Made by a program: the position numbers and the translations under genes
In this document: positions 49,293 to 58,912 of the stretch, in pieces
Numbering within the stretch: the first letter of the stretch is position 1
How the letters are laid out: every line of letters starts with the position of its first letter
Source: Candidatus Poribacteria bacterium
GTDB lineage: Bacteria > Poribacteria > WGA-4E > WGA-3G
Reading direction: 5' to 3'
Assembly: GCA_965242965.1 (NCBI GenBank)
Contig: OZ251518.1
Coordinates: 1,760,001-1,824,000 of the forward strand
DNA: 64,000 nucleotides
Notes under the pieces: model-generated
What the model was told of the DNA's origin: nothing
The model's input: the letters and a program-made list of their open reading frames with translations, nothing else
Databases searched by the model: none

Positions 49293-50195
49293 ATGTTAAA
49301 ACCGTTTCGCTTCATGTTCACGCTCCTATTTGTCTTCAGTTTCAGCGCGACGCTGATGGGCAATGAGTGGGCAAACTACTATTTCCCCGACGCGCTGGAA
49401 AGCTACTGGCACTACGAAGACCAGGATGGCAACGAACTCACGCGCTATGCTGTGGAGCCGGAGGACATTGATGGCGAAACGTATCGTGCCTTCAGCTACG
49501 CCCCGCGACTTGAAGACTGGAAGGATTACCAGTATTACGTGCATCCCTATTTTTACAGCGTCGGTGACGAATGGGTGGCGTTTTTCGTCGGTGAAGATGT
49601 CGAAAACGCAATAAAAGCCACCACAGCGCAACAGTGGGACGAGGTTATCGCCGTAATGCGGCAGCAGATGAATAGCCAACTCCCGCCCGGGGTGAACGTT
49701 GACATAAACGTAACATACGAACTAGAGGTGGAAGCGCAGGACTACTTCTACTTTCTGCCGACTCCCGCAACCTTCAACGAGGAGTGGGAAGCCATGCGGG
49801 CTGACATCAAAATGGACCTCAATATCGGCATCCAGAGCGATATGGCGGGATTTCCAGCCTTCAACCAGAACATCATGATGTATCTCACCGTTGTGGAAAC
49901 AGGGAACGTCGTGGACACTGAAACCGTGGAGACAGAAGCCGGCACCTTTGAGGATTGCCTGAAAATTGAATACCGCGCGGATGCAACGATGGAAACGTCA
50001 CCCCCGATGGAAGACGCAGAATCGCTGTTTTCAAACGCATACGGCGAAACCTTGACGACGCTCTGGTTAGCACCCAACGTCGGTATCGTCAAATTCTCCC
50101 TAGAATCCGAGGCTTTACATTTGGAGAAGACCTTGGAGTTAACGCGGTTTGAGGTGAAATCTGCCGAATCTGGAAGTGACAGCAGCAACCAATAG
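49293..50195 (+). CDS. Secreted acidic NYY/AGTF-domain protein
   Basis: Signal peptide; [15 protein letters not shown]; [10 protein letters not shown]. Confidence 0.8.
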   Translation: MLKPFRFMFTLLFVFSFSATLMGNEWANYYFPDALESYWHYEDQDGNELTRYAVEPEDIDGETYRAFSYAPRLEDWKDYQYYVHPYFYSVGDEWVAFFVGEDVENAIKATTAQQWDEVIAVMRQQMNSQLPPGVNVDINVTYELEVEAQDYFYFLPTPATFNEEWEAMRADIKMDLNIGIQSDMAGFPAFNQNIMMYLTVVETGNVVDTETVETEAGTFEDCLKIEYRADATMETSPPMEDAESLFSNAYGETLTTLWLAPNVGIVKFSLESEALHLEKTLELTRFEVKSAESGSDSSNQ

Positions 50196-50207
50196 GAGGA
50201 ACCCCTC

Positions 50208-51137
50208 ATGCACAAATTGATTTGCCTGCTGCTAAGTGTCTTGCTCATTTTCACCTGCAGCGCGACGCTGATGGGAAATGAGTGGGCGAACTACTATTTT
50301 CCCGATACACTCGGAAACTACTGGGTTTACGAAGACGAAAACGGGGACGAACTCACCCGCTACGCCGTGGAACCCGAAGAGGTTGATGGTGAAACCTATC
50401 GCGCCTTCAACTATGAACCTGCCTTAGAAGATTGGGCAGATTATCTTTATCATGCTGCACCCTATTACTACCTCGTCGGTGACGAGTGGGTTGCCGCCTT
50501 GGCCGGCGAATACGTCAAAAACGCATTCACGGCACGGATAACCGAAGAATTGGAAACACTCCGCGCGATGGGCGAACAAGAGATGGCGCAACAAAGCGAC
50601 CTGCCCGGCGTTCACATCTCGCTGCGTTATGATGTCAGCGTTGAGGCACCAGACTACTTCTATCTGCTCCCGACACCCGCCACCTTTGACGAAGAATGGG
50701 AGGCAATGCAGATAAATGTCGAAATTACCTTGGGGGTTGACGTAGAGGGAGATCCTTCTGTGTTTCGTGAGGAGACACCAGATCTCAAACTTTATTTTAC
50801 TATTGTTGAAACAGGGAACGTCACCGAAACCGAAACTGTGGAAACGGACGCAGGCACGTTTGAGGACTGTCTGAAAATCGAATACCGCACCAAAACGACT
50901 GTCACTGCCTCGGAACCGATGGAAGGCGGTCCGCCGCCAGTCCCCGGGGAATCCTTCACCACGATTTGGTTGGCACCGAACGTTGGCATTGTGAAGTTCG
51001 CGCAGGAATCTCAGGCAGTTGTGTTAACAATGATAGGACCGGTAGAAATTCAGGCACCTGTCACTGAGAGAAGCCTGGAATTAACGCAGTATGAAATCAA
51101 ACCGCCTGAGGCAGGAGAGACTTCGAGTCCTGAATAA
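50208..51137 (+). CDS. Secreted acidic NYY/AGTF-domain protein (paralog of 49293)
   Basis: Shared [16 protein letters not shown] and YFY.LPTPATF.EEWEAM. Confidence 0.8.
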   Translation: MHKLICLLLSVLLIFTCSATLMGNEWANYYFPDTLGNYWVYEDENGDELTRYAVEPEEVDGETYRAFNYEPALEDWADYLYHAAPYYYLVGDEWVAALAGEYVKNAFTARITEELETLRAMGEQEMAQQSDLPGVHISLRYDVSVEAPDYFYLLPTPATFDEEWEAMQINVEITLGVDVEGDPSVFREETPDLKLYFTIVETGNVTETETVETDAGTFEDCLKIEYRTKTTVTASEPMEGGPPPVPGESFTTIWLAPNVGIVKFAQESQAVVLTMIGPVEIQAPVTERSLELTQYEIKPPEAGETSSPE

Positions 51138-52117
51138 TGAACACGTTTTCAGTTTACCGCCCGCGGCGGCTCCGTGCAAATGAAAACCTGCGACGGCTCG
51201 TTCGCGAGACGAAATTATCCATCGATGACCTAATTTATCCAATGTTCGTCGTGCATGGCAGGAACGTTGCAACCGAAATTTCATCAATGCCGGGATGCTA
51301 CCACTACTCGGTAGACACTCTCGTCACCGCGGCGAAAGAGTTGGCATCTCTCGGCATCCCCGGCACCATCTTGTTCGGCATTCCGGCGGAGAAGGACGCA
51401 TTCGGTTCCGAGGCATACGCCGATGACGGTATTATCCAACAGGCTGTTCGCGCAATCAAAGATGCTGTGCCAGGCCTGCTCGTCATCACGGATGTCTGTC
51501 TCTGCGAATATACCGAACACGGGCATTGCGGCATTGTTGCAGAAGGAGACGTTCAAAATGACCGGACGGTGGAACTGCTCGTCAAGGAGAGTCTCTCACA
51601 TGCGCATGCCGGTGCCGATGTCATCGCACCGTCGGATATGATGGACGGCCGCGTCGGCGCGATTCGCGAGGCGTTGGACATGGAGGGATACGAACATATC
51701 CCGATTATGGCGTATTCTGCGAAATACGCGTCCGCTTTTTACGGGCCGTTTCGCGAAGCCGCCGAATCCGCACCCCAATTTGGCGACAGACGCTCTTATC
51801 AGATGGATGCCGCGAACGCTGAAGAGGCACTCAAGGAAGTGGCGTTAGACATTGAGGAAGGCGCGGATATTTTGATGGTGAAACCCGCGCTCGCCTATCT
51901 TGATGTCATCTACCGCGTGAAGACAACGTTTCAGGTGCCGGTAGCCGCGTATAACGTCAGTGGCGAGTATGCGATGATTAAGGCAGCGGCGCAAAACGGC
52001 TGGGTTGACGAACAGCGCGTCGCATTGGAGGCGTTAACCAGCATCAAACGCGCCGGGGCCGATATGATTTTAACCTATTTCGCAAAATCTGTCGTCACCT
52101 GGTTATCATCCGTTTAA
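51137..52117 (+). CDS. hemB: Porphobilinogen synthase (Zn-type)
   Basis: [53 protein letters not shown]. Confidence 0.97.
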   Translation: MNTFSVYRPRRLRANENLRRLVRETKLSIDDLIYPMFVVHGRNVATEISSMPGCYHYSVDTLVTAAKELASLGIPGTILFGIPAEKDAFGSEAYADDGIIQQAVRAIKDAVPGLLVITDVCLCEYTEHGHCGIVAEGDVQNDRTVELLVKESLSHAHAGADVIAPSDMMDGRVGAIREALDMEGYEHIPIMAYSAKYASAFYGPFREAAESAPQFGDRRSYQMDAANAEEALKEVALDIEEGADILMVKPALAYLDVIYRVKTTFQVPVAAYNVSGEYAMIKAAAQNGWVDEQRVALEALTSIKRAGADMILTYFAKSVVTWLSSV

Positions 52118-52135
52118 AGGAGGACATACAAACAA

Positions 52136-53419
52136 TTGGAATACAGCAAATCCGTAGCCGCATGGCGAAAATCACAACAATTTATACCCGGCGGTGTCAA
52201 CAGCCCTGTCCGCAATTTCAGCAAAGTGGAAGGCACCCCGCGTTTTATGGAACGCGGCGAAGGCTCGAAAGTTTATGACATTGATGGGAACGCATATATC
52301 GACTACCTTGCCTCCTGGGGTCCGCTCATTTTAGGGCATGCGCATCCGAGTGTTGTCACGCAGATTACCCAGGCCGCTCGCAACGGCACCAGTTTCGGCG
52401 CGCCGACAACGCTGGAGACTGAACTCGCTGAGGCGATTGTCAACGCCGTGCCTTCTATTGAACAGGTGCGCCTCGTTAATTCCGGCACGGAGGCAACAAT
52501 GAGCGCGATTCGTGTGGCGCGAGGCTATACCGGCCGGAACAAAATCGTCAAAATTGACGGGTGTTACCACGGGCACGTCGACTATCTGCTTGCGAAAGCT
52601 GGCTCCGGGGTTGCGACGTTTGGGCTGTCCGATAGCGGCGGTGTCCCGGAAGATTTCGCCCGCAATACGCTCACCGTGCCGTTCAACAATGCCGATGCAG
52701 TGCGAGAGACTATTGATGCAAACCGCGATGAAATTGCGTGCCTTATTCTTGAGCCGATTATGGGCAACATGGGCATTATTCCGCCGCGTGATGGGTATCT
52801 CCAAGAACTCCGTGACATCACGGCGGCGCACGGTATCGTCCTCATCTTTGACGAGGTAATCACTGGGTTTCGGGTGGCGTATGGCGGCGCGCAAACCTAC
52901 TATAACGTTACGCCTGACATGTCCTGCCTCGGCAAAATCATCGGCGGCGGTTTGCCTGTCGGTGCTTACGGTGGGAAGCGCGAGATTATGCGCTGCGTCG
53001 CGCCGGAAGGCGATGTCTATCAGGCAGGCACGCTCTCCGGAAACCCGTTGGCTGTCACCGCGGGCATCGCGACGCTGAAATGCCTCGCCGAGCCGGGGGT
53101 TTACGAACAACTTGAAAACAGTGCCGCCGCGCTTGCAGATGGACTCGCCGAGGCAACCAAAAGCCAGGGGATTGACGCGTGGCACAGCCGAGTCGGCTCC
53201 ATGCTGATGCTCTATTTTACGCCAGAAACGGTTACGGATGCCGATGGCGCGCGCACAGCAGATACTGAACGTTACCGTCACTACTTCTGGGGATTGCTGG
53301 AACGCGGAGTCTATGTCGCGCCATCGCAATTTGAGGCGGGATTCGTCTCCTTAGTCCACTCGGAAGAGGATATTGCCACCACCGTGAACGCCGCAACACA
53401 GGTATTGGCGAAACTCTAA
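52136..53419 (+). CDS. hemL: Glutamate-1-semialdehyde 2,1-aminomutase
   Basis: PGGVNSPVR, NSGTEAT, FDEVITGFR, GKIIGGGLP, QAGTLSGNP, PSQFE. Confidence 0.97.
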   Translation: MEYSKSVAAWRKSQQFIPGGVNSPVRNFSKVEGTPRFMERGEGSKVYDIDGNAYIDYLASWGPLILGHAHPSVVTQITQAARNGTSFGAPTTLETELAEAIVNAVPSIEQVRLVNSGTEATMSAIRVARGYTGRNKIVKIDGCYHGHVDYLLAKAGSGVATFGLSDSGGVPEDFARNTLTVPFNNADAVRETIDANRDEIACLILEPIMGNMGIIPPRDGYLQELRDITAAHGIVLIFDEVITGFRVAYGGAQTYYNVTPDMSCLGKIIGGGLPVGAYGGKREIMRCVAPEGDVYQAGTLSGNPLAVTAGIATLKCLAEPGVYEQLENSAAALADGLAEATKSQGIDAWHSRVGSMLMLYFTPETVTDADGARTADTERYRHYFWGLLERGVYVAPSQFEAGFVSLVHSEEDIATTVNAATQVLAKL

Positions 53420-53548
53420 AAGACAGAGCAAATCTGGTAGGCGCGGTTTAACTTCTCACAGTTGTGGGCGCATGCATGATGCTGCATGGTTGAAAACCGC
53501 GCCGACAGGGTTCGTGCTGCGTTAGTCCTAAGACAACTCATTTTTAAA

Positions 53549-54529
53549 ATGCCACATTTTGATCAGATTGTCCAATTCATAGCCGATGACCTTGGTGCCG
53601 TTGAGGCGAAACTCACCGAACAAACGGCAAGCGAGTATAGTTTTGTCGACATGGCAGTCCAGCACGTCGTTGAAGGCGGCGGCAAACGGCTTCGCCCCAT
53701 CCTCGTCGTGCTTTCGGCGAAAACGTGCGGCTACGAAGGCCCCGATGCGCACACCCTCGCCGCTGTCGTGGAACTCATTCACGTCGCCTCCCTCGTGCAT
53801 GACGATGTCCTTGACGAGGCGAGCATCCGGCGCGGCCGCGAAACGCTACAGACGAAATGGGGCAACAAGGTTGCGGTGCTTGTCGGCGATTACCTGCACG
53901 CGCGTGTGCTCTCAATGCTGGTATCCCGTCGCGCCGATGATCCGGCCATGGAGATTCTTGCCGATACCACGCAGGCGATGTGCGAAGGCGAAGTCATACA
54001 CGCCTATAAAAGCGGCGATTTTGACATTACCGAGGAAGAGTATCTCAAAATTATCAGTTTCAAAACTGGGAAGTTGATTGCGGCATCTTGCACCCTCGGC
54101 GCGCATCTCGGCACAACAGATGAACAGCAGATTGCAGCACTCACGACATACGGACAACAAATCGGGACAGCCTTCCAAATCATCGATGACCTGCTCGATT
54201 TCGTAGAGGCTCCGGAGAAACTGGGCAAAAACGCATTCGGTGACCTGCGCGAAGGCAAACTCACCTTTCCTATCATCGCGGCCCGCTCCCGCTGCAACGA
54301 TGCCGAGAAGGCGAAACTGGAACAGGTGCTCAACCCGCATACCGATGAGGCTGAAGCGATAGCCTTCGTGCAATCCCTGTTTCAGCAGTATGAGGTTGAA
54401 CCGCACTGTTTGACAGTTGCGCAAACCTACGCGGACCGCGCCAAATCCGCGCTAGCGGTATTACCACAGTCCGCTGCGCGCACTGCATTAGAACAACTCG
54501 CGAATTACGTCGTCTCGCGAGATTCGTGA
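53549..54529 (+). CDS. Long-chain polyprenyl diphosphate synthase (IspB/HepT-like)
   Basis: GGKRLRP, HDDVLD..RRG, KT, FQIIDDLLD, DLREGKLT. Confidence 0.93.
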   Translation: MPHFDQIVQFIADDLGAVEAKLTEQTASEYSFVDMAVQHVVEGGGKRLRPILVVLSAKTCGYEGPDAHTLAAVVELIHVASLVHDDVLDEASIRRGRETLQTKWGNKVAVLVGDYLHARVLSMLVSRRADDPAMEILADTTQAMCEGEVIHAYKSGDFDITEEEYLKIISFKTGKLIAASCTLGAHLGTTDEQQIAALTTYGQQIGTAFQIIDDLLDFVEAPEKLGKNAFGDLREGKLTFPIIAARSRCNDAEKAKLEQVLNPHTDEAEAIAFVQSLFQQYEVEPHCLTVAQTYADRAKSALAVLPQSAARTALEQLANYVVSRDS

Positions 54530-54553
54530 TACGAAAACAACGGAGGTTTTAAG

Positions 54554-54982
54554 ATGGGTTTAACTTGGTTCAGTTTAACCATAGTCGATGTTGGCGTGCT
54601 TAGCATTAGCCTTATCGGGCTTGTGTGGATGTATAGGGCACTTAAAAAGGCAAACGAGAAACTCCAGCAACAGGTGGAGGAAGTTCTAGCCGAGAACGCC
54701 GAACTGAAGCAACAGAACGAGGAATTGAAGCAACAGCTACAGGAAGTTCTAGTCGAGAACGCCGAACTGAAGCAACAATTCCGCGAATTCCAGAGCACCG
54801 CCGATCGCCGCTATAACGCGCTGCAGGAAAAATACGAAAACCTGCGGCAGGAAAACGAGGCACTTCGCAGGGAACTGGACGAAGTCAAACGCGACAACCA
54901 GGCCCTACGGAACGGTTTTAACCAGATGATGGGCAGATACAAAGAAATCAAAGGGTTGATTCTGTCCGGCAGGCTGAAGTAG
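54554..54982 (+). CDS. Single-TM coiled-coil protein
   Basis: GGAGG RBS; TM then heptads with duplicated EVLxENAELKQQ. Confidence 0.8.
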   Translation: MGLTWFSLTIVDVGVLSISLIGLVWMYRALKKANEKLQQQVEEVLAENAELKQQNEELKQQLQEVLVENAELKQQFREFQSTADRRYNALQEKYENLRQENEALRRELDEVKRDNQALRNGFNQMMGRYKEIKGLILSGRLK

Positions 54983-55040
54983 CCCTCCGCTTGTGGCGAC
55001 ATGCCTATCGGTTTTATAGGAAAAATAGGAGGAAACATTC

Positions 55041-55448
55041 ATGATGTTCCTTATCGTGACAATTATCGTCGTCTTGGGTATCATCTTGGATTTCGCGAGA
55101 TATCCGTGGATTGCGTCAGTCGTCTATCTCATCGCCTTTGCCGTCATCGGGGTGCTGTCAAGGGCCGGCAAATCACCGAGTTACATCAACGCCGAATTTG
55201 AGGAAATGCGTGCAGAGATTGTCGGGATGCGGGTGGAGCACGATGAAACGAACGCCGAGCTCGGCAAACTCAGAGTCATGCACGAAGAAACGAAAGCCGG
55301 TGTATCCCTCATGTCCGAGGAATACCGGATAGTCCAAGAGAGAGCCGGACGCCTCGCTGTTGAAAATGCTAGGCTCCTCGTCGAATTGGAGAAAGAGCGG
55401 ACTAAGGTTAAGCAATATGAAGCGAACCTTCCTTCGCGAACGGAGTGA
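55041..55448 (+). CDS. Two-TM coiled-coil protein
   Basis: AGGAGG RBS; two hydrophobic helices then heptads. Confidence 0.75.
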   Translation: MMFLIVTIIVVLGIILDFARYPWIASVVYLIAFAVIGVLSRAGKSPSYINAEFEEMRAEIVGMRVEHDETNAELGKLRVMHEETKAGVSLMSEEYRIVQERAGRLAVENARLLVELEKERTKVKQYEANLPSRTE

Positions 55449-55458
55449 CAACTAGCCG

Positions 55459-56556
55459 ATGTTCTATCCCGCGTTCCTCAACCTCCAGGACCGAAAATGC
55501 CTCGTTGTCGGAGGCGGCACTGTCGCCGAACGCAAAGTCGTTTCGCTGCTCCTCAGCGGCGGCGAAGTTACGGTGATTAGCCCCGAGGCAACCGAACTGC
55601 TCAAGTTCCTCGCGCACACAGGGCAAATAGTCTTGCACAACCGGCGATTCGCAACCGGTGATGCATCCGGCTACTTTCTCGTCTGTGCTGCCACCGATGA
55701 GTCGGCGATGAACACCGCCATTTTCACGGAGGCGCACGAAGCAAATCGGATTCGCTTAGTCAACGTCGTTGACGTTATCCCGCAATGCACGTTCGCCGCT
55801 GCATCCATCGTGACAGATGGCGAGCTCACGCTCAGCATCTCCACCAGCGGCAAGAGCCCTGCGACGAGCCGCCGCATTCGCGAGTTCCTTGAGGCGAAAC
55901 TCGGGGCAAACTCGCTCTACACGCTTGGGTATCAGAACGGAAAACCTGAGCGCATTCAGAACCAACGGCTTCCCTATCCGGTTTATCTGCTCGTGGAAAA
56001 TCGCCGGTGCGCTGTCTTGTATCGCGAGAAAACGCCTGAAATCAAAAGTCGTATCTCGCTGTTACGCCAATGCGGTGCGGACGTTGTGGAGAATCCGAAA
56101 AACATTGCGGATGCGTTTCTCGTCATCGCCGAGTTCGGGAATCCGCCGCATCCCCTCACGGAGTCCATCGCACAATCGGATGCCGGCACATTCCAAACCC
56201 CGCGGCTCATCACCGATAACAACCTGATTATCGGCATCTCTTCTCGCAAAGGCGAGGACACCGGTGACGCGGCGAGCCTGCAGCAAGCACTCGCAACACA
56301 GTTTGAAAATAACGGCTACGGCGCGTTTATTGAATTTCTCGGAACGATTCGTCCCGATGTCCTGAAAGCGTTTCAGACTTCAAAAGCACGCGCGGATTTT
56401 TTTGAGACACTGATTAACTATCAAACTGAGGCACAACCGTGCTGTTTAAGACTCACCGATGCGACGTGTTCCGCCGAGTGCCTCTTCAATTGGATTCGGC
56501 GCGGTGAAGTGGAACGCGCCAAGCATCTCGTATCAACCTTACTCACCATTCGGTAG
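55459..56556 (+). CDS. Precorrin-2 dehydrogenase / sirohydrochlorin ferrochelatase (SirC/CysG-N-like) with internal duplication
   Basis: YPAFLNL..CLVVGGGTVAERK, AATD, VNVVD..CTF, ISTSGKSP. Confidence 0.88.
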   Translation: MFYPAFLNLQDRKCLVVGGGTVAERKVVSLLLSGGEVTVISPEATELLKFLAHTGQIVLHNRRFATGDASGYFLVCAATDESAMNTAIFTEAHEANRIRLVNVVDVIPQCTFAAASIVTDGELTLSISTSGKSPATSRRIREFLEAKLGANSLYTLGYQNGKPERIQNQRLPYPVYLLVENRRCAVLYREKTPEIKSRISLLRQCGADVVENPKNIADAFLVIAEFGNPPHPLTESIAQSDAGTFQTPRLITDNNLIIGISSRKGEDTGDAASLQQALATQFENNGYGAFIEFLGTIRPDVLKAFQTSKARADFFETLINYQTEAQPCCLRLTDATCSAECLFNWIRRGEVERAKHLVSTLLTIR

Positions 56557-56593
56557 GCGCGGTTGAAAAGCGCGCCTCGGCAAACGTGGATTT

Positions 56594-57433
56594 ATGAACT
56601 TTCTATTTCTCGTCACGCTTCTGATATACTTAGCGGCAAGCATTTTTCAGGCAATCGCTTTCGCCATAGGCAATCGTTCTGAGGCATCAACCCTTCGGCC
56701 GACGATTGAGCACCTCGCCTTTTGGGGAACTACCATCGGCTTCGCCTGCCTGACGCTTTTCATCGCGCTCTGGTGGTTCCAGCAGGGGCACTTCCCGATG
56801 ACGCACTGGACAGACTCAACTGCCTTCGTCGCCTGGGCCATCACGCTCATCTACCTTATCATCGTTCGCTTGACGCGTCTTCGCGCCCTCGGCAGTTTTG
56901 TCGTGCCAGTCGCGTTCCTCGCGATACTCATCTCCTATAGTTTCGCCAGAAATACCTCAACATTGCCGGAACAGTTGCAAACCTATTGGCTCGTTGCACA
57001 CACGTCGCTGATTTTTCTGGCGTATGCCGCCTTCATCGCCGCCTTCGGGTTTGGACTCATGTACCTCATCGCCGAAAAGAAAATCCGCGCGAAGACAGAT
57101 ACGCTCTTCTCTAACTGGCTCCCGGCACTTGGAAATTCTGATGAATTCGGCTATCGATGCACCTTCATCGGTGTCATTCTGCTCTCCATGGGCATCCTCG
57201 TCGGCAGTTTATGGACGCAATATATCCAAGAACTCCCGTGGAAATGGCTTGACGCGAAGATTATCTTCACCCTGCTCACGTGGTTTATCTATGTCGCGCA
57301 AATCACCATCCGTCAACTCTGGGGATGGCGAGGCCGCAAAGCCGCCTATTCTGCCATCATCGGCTTCGTCGCGCTGCTATGCACCTATGCCGGTGTGAAC
57401 CTGTTTTTAGACAGCATCCACGCGTGGCGGTGA
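56594..57433 (+). CDS. ccsA: Cytochrome c biogenesis CcsA / HemX-like membrane protein
   Basis: YWLVAH, GSLW...W..D.K, WRGRKAAY, YAGVN; position before hemA. Confidence 0.8.
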   Translation: MNFLFLVTLLIYLAASIFQAIAFAIGNRSEASTLRPTIEHLAFWGTTIGFACLTLFIALWWFQQGHFPMTHWTDSTAFVAWAITLIYLIIVRLTRLRALGSFVVPVAFLAILISYSFARNTSTLPEQLQTYWLVAHTSLIFLAYAAFIAAFGFGLMYLIAEKKIRAKTDTLFSNWLPALGNSDEFGYRCTFIGVILLSMGILVGSLWTQYIQELPWKWLDAKIIFTLLTWFIYVAQITIRQLWGWRGRKAAYSAIIGFVALLCTYAGVNLFLDSIHAWR

Positions 57434-57460
57434 AAATCTGCAGGACGATTCAGAATTTTC

Positions 57461-57489
57461 TTGACATGCCTCCCGAAATAGTGTATAAT
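57461..57489 (+). promoter_or_regulatory. Internal consensus sigma70 promoter for hemA-hemC-cobA/hemD
   Basis: TTGACA-17-TATAAT. Confidence 0.8.
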
Positions 57490-57511
57490 TAAAGGCAGAG
57501 GCAAAAGAGCA

Positions 57512-58912
57512 ATGGAAAACTTCATGGAAACATACCCCGGGCCGCAGCACAACACATATCTTGACGCTGAATCCGTGCCCACATGCGATATCCAGTGTGA
57601 ATCCCGCATGCAACATACGAACCAGCTGGTTTCTGTCGGAACGAGCCATCACGTCGCGCCGATTGCGTTCCGGGAAAAATTGGCATTTTCCGAGGAACAA
57701 CTCGTCCACTCGCTGCAACATCTATGTGAATCGCAGCAGGTGCAGGAGGCCGTCATCCTCTCCACCTGCAACCGGGTAGAAATTTACGCAGTGCCAAACG
57801 CGCGAAGCAATGCTGAGGCATCTGTTATCCATCTGCTTGAATTCCTCGCGCGCTACCATCGTGTCGGCATGGAGGCTCTCAAGAAGTTCAGTTATAGCCA
57901 CGACGGACTTGAGGCAATCCAACACCTCTTCCGGGTTACCGCCAGTCTTGATTCTATGGTAATCGGGGAGGCGCAAATCTTGGGGCAGGTGAAATCTGCT
58001 TATGAAGATTCTCGCGCCGCTGGTGGTGCGGGCACTATCCTCAATCGTCTTTTTACTAAAGCGTTCAGCGTCGGTAAACGCATCCGCACTGAGACGACTA
58101 TCGCTACCGGTGCTGTATCTATCAGCTACGCCGCCGTTGAACTCGCCAAGAAAATTTTTAACACTTTAGAGGGAAAAACCGTCGCGATTATCGGCGCGGG
58201 CGAAATGAGCGAATTAACGGCGAAGCACCTCGTCGCCAACGGCGTTTCTAACGTTATCGTGGCGAACCGAACCTACGAACGCGCTGTCAGAATCGCCGAA
58301 AAATTCAGGGGGACACCCATCGCTTACCAGAGCAACCTCGGCTTTCTTATCGATGCCGACATTGTCATCAGTTCCACCGATGCACCGCAGTATCTCATCA
58401 CCCCGCGTCCCCTCGCCGATGTCATGCGGAAACGGAAGCACCGCTACATGTTCCTCATTGACATCGCGGTGCCGCGCGACATCGATGCTGATGTCAATCA
58501 CATCGACGGCGTGTTCCTCTATAATATCGATGACCTCGAGGCAGTTGTCGCTTCCAACCTCAAGGAGCGGCGACACGAAGCCACACGCGCAGAACAGATT
58601 GTCGCCGAAGAAGCGAAACAGTTCCATGCCCAATTGCAAATCTTTGAAGTGAGCCCGACGATTAAGGCACTGCACCAACAGTTCCAACAAATCGTTGAGG
58701 CAGAGCGCACCGCCTGTTTTGACAAGGCAAACCTGTCAGACAAACAGCAAGCCGCCGTCGCCTCCATGACGCAGGCGATTGTCAAAAAACTTCTCCATCA
58801 CCCCGTCAAGAATTTACGGCAAGCCGTGAACGATGACGAGTCAGACCACGGGCAATACGTCCATGCCTTGCAGGCCCTGTTCGCGTTAGATGCAAATGTA
58901 GAGGAAAAATGA
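57512..58912 (+). CDS. hemA: Glutamyl-tRNA reductase (start uncertain; could be 57608)
   Basis: ILSTCNRVEIY, SLDSMVIGEAQILGQVK, GAGEM, NRT, DIAVPRDI. Confidence 0.96.
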   Translation: MENFMETYPGPQHNTYLDAESVPTCDIQCESRMQHTNQLVSVGTSHHVAPIAFREKLAFSEEQLVHSLQHLCESQQVQEAVILSTCNRVEIYAVPNARSNAEASVIHLLEFLARYHRVGMEALKKFSYSHDGLEAIQHLFRVTASLDSMVIGEAQILGQVKSAYEDSRAAGGAGTILNRLFTKAFSVGKRIRTETTIATGAVSISYAAVELAKKIFNTLEGKTVAIIGAGEMSELTAKHLVANGVSNVIVANRTYERAVRIAEKFRGTPIAYQSNLGFLIDADIVISSTDAPQYLITPRPLADVMRKRKHRYMFLIDIAVPRDIDADVNHIDGVFLYNIDDLEAVVASNLKERRHEATRAEQIVAEEAKQFHAQLQIFEVSPTIKALHQQFQQIVEAERTACFDKANLSDKQQAAVASMTQAIVKKLLHHPVKNLRQAVNDDESDHGQYVHALQALFALDANVEEK

